Assembly: GCA_003990765.1 (NCBI GenBank)
Contig: RBNJ01000013.1
Coordinates: 1 to 64,000 of the forward strand
Direction: 5' to 3'
Length of the DNA: 64,000 bases
DNA from: Jimgerdemannia flammicorona
Taxonomy: Eukaryota
How positions within the stretch are numbered: the stretch's first letter is position 1; every line of letters begins with the position of its first letter. Of this stretch, positions 54,501-64,000 are shown piece by piece. The notes beneath the pieces are model-generated. The model did not search any database and was not told the DNA's origin. It worked only from the letters and a program-made list of their open reading frames with translations. The position numbers were made by a program, and so were the translations under genes.

Positions 54501-57325
54501 ACTAGTGGATCTTGGTCTTGCATAGCTTCTGTTCCTTCTTGCTTTCACTTTCTCTTGAGACTGGAGTAGTGCCTTTAATGATTTGGTGGGCAGCTTCATC
54601 TATATAACTCCATGTCTTGATCAATTTTCTCAGGTTGGGTCTTGCTTTGAATAGTGACAGCTGGGGTCTTCTTTGGTCTTCCAACTGGCTTGCTGTTGCT
54701 CTTTTTGTCATAGAGCTTGGACTGGGTTCTGGTACCTTCAGTAGTAGGATAGAATTCAAGCTCCTTATAATATTCTTCATCATCAGTGTCACCAATCTCC
54801 TCAATGACTACTGTATTGGTTTGTTCTCTGGTTCTACTAGTATTGCTTAGTTGGGCTTTGTGTCTTATTTTGGTTATGTAATTCTTTGCATAGTGGCCTT
54901 CTTCTCTACATCTGAAGCATGTGATATTGCATTCTTCTATAGCAGCTGCAAATCTCTGTACTAGTCTCCTGTTAGTGCTTTGGACTTCTCTAACAACATC
55001 ACTAAGGTATGCAATCATCTCAGCAAACTGCTTAACAAGTTCCTCCACTGGGTCAGCTTTGGCTATCTTGGGGATAGGTGGGGTTGATTGTCTGTTTACA
55101 ACTATAGCAGGTAAGATACTAGTTGACTTTGATGGCTCTATCTTGATGTCAGTTATTTTCTCTATTGAGTGTTCGGCAGAGTGTCTGGCAGTCCAATATC
55201 TCTATACAAAGACTACTTTCTGATCAAGAGTCAGTGCAGCTGGGGTAGACCGGATTGCTAGGGCAATTTCAGAGTGAACTCCTTTGAGGAAAGTTGAATC
55301 TGCTATTTGTTCCTTGAGGCAGTCATCATAGCCAGCCAAGACAATCTGGTGGCGGATTCAGGTATAGAATGAGTTGGGATCTTCACTAAGTCTCTGGCAG
55401 ATAGTATTGAGTTGATCCTTGAGAGCTTGCTTGATCTCTTTGGTATAATATATTATTCTGAGGAAGGCCTTCATGTTGGCAAGTTTGGCTGCACCAGCAT
55501 CAGCAATGGTGGCTATATTGAACTTGTCTCTGGTAGGTCCTCTGAGGCTGACTGGTAGGAGGACCAATTGAGTATCCATACCAAGGGCTTGGATAGTAGC
55601 AAATTGTTCAAAGTCTTCAATGAAGGTCAGGATTGACTCTTCAGTAGTATATCCATAGAATGTGGGGGGATATATTTCTATCTTATCTTGAATTCTTGCA
55701 GAGGTGACTCTTGTAGTCAGGGTAGTTGTTGTGGAGTTGTTCATTTTTCAGCTTGAAAGTGAGGGATTCGTCTTGAATCACCAGCCAATGGGTACCAAGT
55801 TGTCATATAGTGGTCACTGAGTCCTTCAAATATGCCAGATTCTCTTCAAGGTGTATTTCTTAGACTAACTCAAGTTTGTTATAAGCAAGTTCTTATTGGA
55901 GTGCCTTCTCAAGGTCTTATAGTCCTCAAACTTCTTATCTTTAACTGTCTTATTATCTCTTAGATTGCTTGCAAGAAAGTGTGTGTAAGTGAAACCAGAA
56001 CTGACTTTATTTCAGAGGAAATAAGAAGGATATTTATACAAAATATAATTCAATAGTTGCTAAGATATAAAGCTAAATATAAATTCCAATAACTAAAACT
56101 ACTAAGTTCCAGGGTCAGCACTGATGGTTGTACAGATTCAAGATGCTGGTATAATTCAGTGTCACATCAGAATATCAGTGCTGAAACAATTTTGCATCAT
56201 CTCAGAATATTGGTGCTGGAACAATTTTACATTACCTCAGAATACTGGTACTGGTATTATCCAGTATAACAAAGAACTTAGAGCAGAAAGTTCAGGACCA
56301 TGGAGGCTTCATTCTCATCATCATTATCACTGAAGGAGATGAGATCCATGAATTTGTTATTTTCATATGCTTCGATGTTGCGCAGGATGACATCATCGCC
56401 AATGACATCATCACATTCGGCAGGGAAATCAGGGAGAAGATCTGGGGCTCTCCAGTCTATAAGGTTCTCTTCTACAAAATAAGGAACAAATGTGGGGTCT
56501 TGGAGAGATTAATCTGAATGCTTGGGCCTTGAAATACTGAGATCAACCCTTGTAGGAATTGGTCTGAGTTGTCCTGAAGGATAGGGTACCAGAAGTCTTC
56601 TACTTCATCACTATTGAGGGTGATAGTGGACTGGGTTTCTGTAGCCACTCTGGCTTCTAGTGCATTGATATGATGGGATGATAGGTCTCTGAAATCTGAG
56701 ACTCTAATATACTCTAAGTTGGAGATCAACCATGGTGTATATCTGAAGATCTGATAGACCTTCTTAGCTGTTCTTGTTTCATATATATCCATGGGAGTAG
56801 TATCTTGTAGCTCTTGAGTGCTGGCCTGTAGGAACTCCCAGCAGAGGAGGTTTCCTATTTTGTACTCTTACTATATTTGGAGGCATTCAGTAGCAATGGT
56901 GATCCTTGTTTCCATTTCATAATGGTAGAGGATAAAGTAATAGGGGTCTGCAGTACTCAGATTGACACTAGGAGTCCTTCTTGAGTGGGTCCTCATGGCT
57001 CTTCTGATGTCTTGGAACATCCTTTCTTTGACTGAGATATCTTAGTAGTTCCTTGACCTTGAGGTTTAGTGGGCAGCAGGCATTTTGTTTATAGTAAGTC
57101 TTTGAGCTATTTTGGGATTGGTAGTTCTTGTTGATTACTGCTACTGTAGTTCCTTGATCCTTCTTTTATATTCTTCAGAATGCTTATACTGTGGTCACAA
57201 TGACTCACAGTTAGTCATCATTGCTCATCTCATATACTGTATGATCTTCTTGTATTCCAATCTGGTGGCTTGCAAGGAAAGGCTGTCTCCTATACTGATG
57301 TCATCATTCTGAAGTCACTGTTACA
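48559..57325 (-). mobile_element. Ty3/Gypsy copy D (full length)
   Basis: LTRs 55801-57325 (5') and 48559-50119 (3'); TSD TTAG at 48555-48558 and 57326-57329; polyprotein 51662-55744; integrase 50433-51669. Confidence 0.96.
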
Positions 57326-57329
57326 TTAG

Positions 57330-57740
57330 TTAAAGGGTTTTTTCTTTATCTCTAACTTTTGTTTGGGATCAGAAGAGTTATATTATTTAGTTTCAGTATT
57401 ATTAAATCTGATATATAGATATACTCTCATAATATTGATCTGATAATCTAGCTCTAGTAAATAGACAAGTCTGATCTATATATTATTAGAATGAGAATAT
57501 GTAATACTACTCTTATATAGCTAATATAGTAAAACTGCTAGTTCTCTCTATAGCTTAAAGATAATAAAGAGATAGTACTTAGGGAAAGAGAAAGTGAGGG
57601 AGATTTTTAATCTATATAGTTTAAGTTCTTTTCTAATAAAAATCTATAGAAACTTAATTCTGTTAAAAAAAAAAAAAAAAAAATTTAAAAAAAATATAAA
57701 ATTATAATAAAAAAAAAAAAAAAAAAAAAAAATATTTTAA

Positions 57741-57778
<38 letters not shown>

Positions 57779-58570
57779 TAATCAATCTATACCTTTATTA
57801 TTTCAGTAGAAACATAGCTTGGATCTTTTATTATTTAAAAAAAAATAAAAAATAAAAAAAAAATAACTTGGATCTCTTAAAATCAATATTGAAGTTAATA
57901 TTTAAAACAAAATAGTAATCTGAGAACTATAAAAGAAGTAGTACTCTGAATGAGTCAATTCAATCTAGATTGAATTCAGATTAAATCTCATTTGGATTAG
58001 CTTAGATAGAAAATGAGCTGATCTAGATTGATTCAAATTGAATATTATTTTGATTTCTAATATTAACAACTTGATATATAATTATCTAATTTTAATTATT
58101 ATAGTGTCATTTTAAAGCTCTTAATAAGACCTTTCTAATAATATCAAAAACATTGAAATTAGATTATATATTGCTGAGTTATTAAGAAAAATGTCTGACT
58201 TACTGATTTTGGAAATTATCCTTATTAAGAACTTTCAAATGATACTATGATCATTAAAATTAGATGATTATACATTAAGTTATTAATGTAAACATTGAAT
58301 TGTCTAATTTAGAAGTTAATTCAGATCTGCTCATTTAGAATACTAGAAAGAAGATATTATTTTTATTTTTTGAGATTTTCTTTTTGTAAATAATTTATAT
58401 TAAGATATTAAAGAGAATAAGATAAAGATAGAGACAGAGGTAAATACAGAGACAGAGGTGAAGACAGAAGTTCTGACATTATGATTTCTGAGTATAGACT
58501 TGACATTATAAGTTCTTTGCTCTAAAGATATATAACCTAGATGTATGTATTTTATTCTCTTTATTCTAAT
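57330..58570. other. AT-rich degenerate repeat relic with poly(A) runs at ~57665-57775
   Basis: No CpG, A-tracts, no assignable protein motif. Confidence 0.35.
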
Positions 58571-58728
58571 GTCAAAGTATACTGGCCAAGACACCAAGAA
58601 GTTTGAATGCTTTGGATGCAGAAAGTAATATATATAAAGGGAGTTTATTTTTACAGATAGAGGACATGAGGGAGGTGGATATAAATATATACTTCTGTAG
58701 TAGAGAAGCTAGAAACGACGCCGGCTAA

Positions 58729-58756
58729 ATATCACGTGATATCACTTCCCCACGTG
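58729..58756. promoter_or_regulatory. Palindromic ATATCACGTGATAT plus a second CACGTG (E-box) upstream of the ARM gene
   Basis: Perfect 14-bp palindrome 58729-58742 and CACGTG 58751-58756, about 55-85 bp before the ATG. Confidence 0.5.
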
Positions 58757-58811
58757 CCGTCATCTTGGAAAGGACAGAATCCCCCGACTCTTTATTACCT
58801 TATACCTGTCA

Positions 58812-61800
58812 ATGTCATCCCCGGACAAAGATCTCGCTCAACTAGACGCCCTCTTTGAGAAGCTTTCCGTTCTCGATGGTATATTACGTCGCACCGTCCG
58901 TCTGCACTGCCATGCTGTCGCTTAAGCTGAATCTTACATAAAAACTACAGCAAATGACGTAGAGACCCTGAAGGACGAACTCCCCGCCGTCGTTGATAAA
59001 CTGCAAAAGAACGAACTTCTGCTGAGGAACTCGGAAAATGCAGCCGACTCAAAACTCCTAGACCCTGTCTGGGCGCGGGTCAAGCGGGGGGCCGAGATTT
59101 GCGCAAATGCCGCGAAGGACGGTACGTGTCGTTCTCGTGTTTTTAACGGCGCTCTGCATGTGAAGGGATCGAATGCACATAATTCCACCTACTGTTCATT
59201 CCAATTAATAGCACGTACGTTTGATTGAAATTTTGCTTAATGCAGAGTCGGCAAGGACGCCCATTGGTGAATCCGGCTCGATAGAGCTTTTGGTAACTTT
59301 TATGAAGTTATCCAGCCCGACACACGTCGAGGTTACCATTCAATGCCTGCGGGCCCTCGCCAACCTCTGCTTCGATCATGGTATATAGCTCTCTCTTTTT
59401 ACGTTAGTTTGGAAGGGATCAATGAAGAAATGACAGACATGATCATCACCGGCGTACCGAAACTCAATCTTTGACAATCCCGTAATCCTACTCCATCCGC
59501 CAGACGTGAATCGCAAGCGAACGTCGACCACCGGCGCCGTCTCCGTCATTATCGGGTTCGTCAACACATCTAACAACGCCAACCTGGTGCGGACCTCGTG
59601 CGGGGCGCTGCTCAATCTCGGTTTGAATTATGGTTGGTGATGGGCACCACAATCCTTCTCTTGGAACGTTTGCCTTTGCTTCTGTTTGGGTCAGCTTGCC
59701 GCCCGCTCATCCATCTGTCCGTATCCCCTACGTACATATCCGCAGAACCTATCCAAAGTGAGATCCTTCGCCTCGAAGGCCTCCCCGTCCTCGTCAAGCT
59801 CCTCTCTTCAGATCGACTCAATCACCAGGCTGTTTGCCTCGCGGCGCGCGTTATCAATTACCTCGTCGGCCTCGGTACGACCCCACTGCTGTCTTTCTTT
59901 GCCGTCTTTTTCTGTCCGCATTCTTCTTTGTGCTCAAATTTACAATGAAATACGATACATCCTCAGATAAGGGCCGCCTCCAGTTTACCAAGATCGAAGC
60001 CATTGTATCCTTCGTCAAGGTGCTCGAGTATTCGTGGCAGGTGGACAAGAGCCAGGACCTGGACCTGATGGAGTCAGTGGTGGACGTGCTGGAGTCGACC
60101 GTGCTGGAAGAGAGTGAGGGCATCTTTGGTTGCGCTGCGGTTGAATGTTTAGGCGATTGAATCCGTCTGCTGTTGTGATGCTCCCGGATTTCGGATAGTT
60201 TTGTGATTTCGAAATCGGCGTGTAAACCTTGATCGTAACGTTTCATCCTCCGCCAACTTTTGTGCGACACAGAGGCTGACGCTATCCAGCACACCGTCGC
60301 CAAATCCGGCGTGTTTCCGCTCCTGCTCGACTTCGTCGAGAGCGCGACGCCGCCAAAGCACGCCGACGAGGACGACCAGAAGCAGTTTAATGAACTGAGG
60401 AAGACGGTCGTCAAGATCACCGTCGCTGTCACGCTAACTGGTAGGTTCGCTTGCGGATTGAGTTTGCTACTGGTGCAGAGATAAGACATGAGCTTTAGGA
60501 ATGGTGCGAATGCGAGGTGGAATTTGTCGAGACAGGGCGTTGCACCAAAACGTGGGACATGGGCAGGGTAATTTCGGCCAAGCGACCATAACAATGGAGT
60601 GTCATTATGATACCTTTTTTTTCGATGCCTTTTCGCCTTCATCAATCGCCAGACAGCAACATGAACCTGCTCTATAAAGACCAGACCATCCTCGGCCGCT
60701 TTATTAGTTGGCTCCGCGACGACGTATTCGCCAGCCGCGACGACCTCCACGCCTGCGCGGCTCTGAGCATTGGGAACCTGGCGCGAAACGGTGAGTTTCA
60801 CGCGTGCATAATGGGTTGTTTAGATGCCCACCGAGACTAATTGGATCCCCGTGCGGCCACCTTCCAATCATGCAGACGAGCACTGCATCGACCTCGTGCA
60901 GAAACATCACCTCGAGGTTCCGCTGCTCGCCATCCTTATGAGGACAAATGACATGCGGACGCAGCACGCCGTCATCAGCATTGTAAAGAATCTGAGCTTG
61001 CCCAGTATGTAGACTCTCGTTATCCCATTATGTTTTCTTGGAGAAAGGTAGACTTGGAGAAGACGGTCAGCATTGTATTCAAGTTGCGCGTCGTTCGTCA
61101 TCTAATGCAGAGGCCAACAAGTCCCTCCTAGGCGCGTCTGGGGCGATCCAGGCGGCCGCACGCTTCCTCAAGGAGTCCAAGGACATGCTCAAGCCGATCC
61201 AGTTTGGGGCCGTCGGGGTTCTGAAGCACCTGGCGACAGGGAACTGTGGGTATCTTATTAGGAATTCGTGCAGCAAAGCGTTTTGAGGTCGTGGTTGCAA
61301 TTAGAGTTGAGAAGTCCAGGCGTTCGTTCCTACCGAGGCCATGCTGGTTGTATAATCTCATCCGCCCCATGCAATTCCATTGCATACTTGTCTCTTTTGT
61401 CTGCATCACCCCTATGTTTTACCACAGTTGAGAATGCAAGCCGCATGATTACCGGTCGCGAGCCGTCGGACCAGTCGCCGTCCTTGACGACGACGCCGCT
61501 CGATCGGCTGATCGCATTGGTTAGGCGGACGGATGATATGCCGACCAAGAGCGAGGGCACCCGTGTACTGGTCAATCTGGTAAAGGTCGTCTGGGCGCAA
61601 GGTGGGTGATTTTCGGATCGCTTGGATGTGATAGGTGGTTCCAATATTCGTGCAAGCGGTCGGTGTGCGTGGTTCTGGAAGGTGTATTTGCCTGTTGATA
61701 TTGGCTTTTTTGATGTCTTGTTTTCTTTGCGCTTTTCAGACGTCTTAACCGACATCCTACAGCCCAAGGACGGCATCTCGACGGCCCCCCTACGTCGCAC

Positions 61801-62602
61801 GCTCCTCAAGAGCGACGGCGTAGTCCCGCCGATCGCGGAGATGATCCGCACCACGCAGTTTCCCGTACTCCAGAACGAGGGCGTCATGGCACTCACACTT
61901 CTGCTGGCGTCGTCCAAGGATGAGGGGGGCGCGGTGGATACAGGTGAGGAGTTGTGAGTGGAGAATTGGATCTAACCAATACGGTATTCGTGTCATAGTG
62001 TGCTCATAACCGAATCGGTTGTTTGGACGCACAGTCTTCACATCTCTGACGACCACGCCCGCGCCGCCACCCCTCACGGAAGAGGAGGAGGAGGAGGAGG
62101 AGGAGAAGGAGAAGGACCCGAAGCCCAAGCTGCCGTCCAAGCCGCTGCTAGACATCTTGACGGATATCGTCATGAACGTATCGGGAAAGTACCCTGACGA
62201 GATCAGATGTAATGTTTGTTTATTGCTTGGGAGGATTGCTGCGAGTGAGTGTCTTTATTGTTTTGGTTGTTTCCCCCCAGGATGTATATGTTTGCGAGGA
62301 TGTGTGGTTTCGGTTCGATTGCAATTGATATTGGACGTCGGTTGTCGTTTGAAAAAGAGCATCCCGAAGGTGAACCGCTAGATCATGTCGAAGTAGGATT
62401 TCTCACTGAGCCTTTCTTCACCTCCCACTTTGCATTACATTTGATACCATTCGTATTATTCCCTCCCAAAACAGTTAACCCTGTGAAATACCTCTCGATC
62501 GCGAGCGACGTTCGTGGTAAGTTAGAGTCGTTCGCCAACGCCGGCGAGGCCTCGACCATGGTCATGGAGAGCGTGCGGCAAGTCATGCATAATCTGCACT
62601 AA
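58812..62602 (+). CDS. Armadillo-repeat protein, SmgGDS/Rap1GDS1-like small-GTPase GDP dissociation stimulator; about 14 exons
   Basis: GT-AG spliced frame MSSPDKDLAQLD...VMHNLH*; motifs QCLRALANLCFDH, CGALLNL, CAALSIGNLARNDEHC, QHAVISIVKNLSLP, PIQFGAVGVLKHL, KSEGTRVLVNL. Confidence 0.85.
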
Positions 62603-62737
62603 GAGGCCGAGCTTACAAGTTTTTTATCTTTGCAACGGTCTGGGGTTTCTTATCTGTATTTGTATAATTTCGTGGGCGATCCAGTCTGAATGAAAGAGGA
62701 CTTTGAAATCCGAATGATTACGTTTGTGATGATATAT

Positions 62738-62950
62738 ACCGAATTTCCTATGACCATTGATGGTGTACCAGATCTACTATGATCTTGAGTAAGGTGTACT
62801 AGATTTCCTATGACCTTGTGCAAGTGTATTAGATTTCACTAAGGTTATTAGATTTCCTATGACCTTCAGAAAGATTTACTAGATTTCCTATGACTTTCAG
62901 TAAGGTTTATTAGATTTCCAATAAGGTTTACTAGATTTCCTATGACCTTA
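62738..62950. repeat. Degenerate ~30-bp tandem repeat (core TAGATTTCCTATGACC) between the two host genes
   Basis: Six to eight copies of the core are visible. Confidence 0.8.
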
Positions 62951-63101
62951 ATCGCTTTGAGTCACGATCATAATGGGTTGCACAGACGCGTCGAAGCGAA
63001 CGCAAGCCACCGACCAGTCTATGGATTTGACCAATAAAGATCCGAGCTTTTTGCAGGTCATATCTGCCATCCATCTTTTTATTTCCTTCGCGTCCTCCAT
63101 C

Positions 63102-64000
63102 ATGGCTTCAAGGATCCTACTATCGAAGCGTCCCCCGCACAGTCAAAAGTTCGTCCCCAGAGCCTCCGCCGTCGGCCTGCGGCACTACACGTCCTCCTCT
63201 GACGGTATCAATAAGTACAGCTCTATCATCACCCAGCCCAAGAGCCAGGGCGCGTCTCAGGCTATGCGTAAGGACGCGTTCCCTTGTGGTTTTGAGAGTC
63301 TTACAACTTACTGATCACCATCCGTCCTTGGAGCAGTACTTACTCCTTCATCCCTCACATGCCCTTCTCGTCTCTCTGGCATCGCTCAATAGTGTACGCC
63401 ACAGGCCTCGACGATAATGATCTCAAGAAGGCCCAAGTCGGGATCTCCAGCGTGTAAACCCCTTTCTCTCTCAGGCTTTTCTTTCTTTCCCTTGTATCGA
63501 TCCTCTCTAACCACTCACCCTTTTTACCTTACAGGTGGTACGAGGGCAACCCCTGCAACATGCACCTACTGGATCTCTCCGCCAAGGTCAAGGAGGGCGT
63601 GCAGAACGCCAGCCTGATCGGATACCGGTTCAATACCGTCGGCGTGAGCGACGGAATCAGTATGGGAACGAGGGGGATGAGCTACTCGTTGCAGAGTAGG
63701 GATCTGATCGCGGATAGCATCGAGACGGTGGGTGTGTTTGAGTGCGGATTGGGGGTGGGGTAGTCTTCTTGATGGCCCGTATATGCACATTAAATATCGA
63801 TTGCTACAGAGCCACGTCAAAATTCCACCCAGACGAACCCATCTTTATCCAGCCTGCCCTTTTCCTCCCTATCCTAGGTCATGGGTGCGCAATGGTACGA
63901 CGGCAACATTTCGCTCCCCGGGTGCGACAAGAACATGCCAGGTGTGCTGATTGCCATGGGTCGACTCAACCGGCCAAGCCTGATGGTCTACGGTGGCACT
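63102..64000 (+). CDS. ILV3: Dihydroxy-acid dehydratase, mitochondrial precursor (5' part; exons 63102-63267, 63393-63453, 63535-63727, 63878 to window end)
   Basis: [73 protein letters not shown]-terminal R/S-rich presequence. Confidence 0.97.

Noticed and set aside
59376-62586. Minus-strand ORFs over the ARM gene (for example 59854-60801)
   Set aside because: They are shadow frames of GC-rich exons; the spliced + strand frame explains the region.

Overview
Eukaryotic, fungal-type DNA; the intron-rich host genes suggest an early-diverging fungus, but the taxon is inference. Bases ~1-58,700 form a nested, CpG-depleted, C-to-T/G-to-A hypermutated transposon block. It holds four full-length copies (A-D, ~8.8 kb, ~1.5-1.7 kb LTRs, 4-bp TSDs) of one non-chromodomain Ty3/Gypsy family, an older related Gypsy (element 0) that hosts A and B, the end of a young CpG-intact related LTR, a full-length L1/Tx1-like LINE inside A, a second Gypsy family, and a 5.8-kb hAT transposon with an extra gene and two foldbacks. 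From ~58,700 the DNA is ordinary CpG-rich genic sequence: an ARM-repeat SmgGDS/Rap1GDS1-like gene and the 5' part of ILV3. The main novelty is the retrovirus-like layout of family A-D. It has one Gag-protease-(Cys/His linker)-dUTPase-RT-RNaseH frame, an integrase in a separate +1 ORF joined by a conserved ATGAATAA start/stop overlap, and a ~270-aa accessory ORF inside the U3 of every LTR whose subfamily indels keep the frame. The older family seems to carry a distantly similar ORF in antisense. Also seen: RIP-like CpA mutation of LTR termini and TSDs, and about ten TA-to-TA(TG/CA)TA insertions resembling Tc1/mariner excision footprints.
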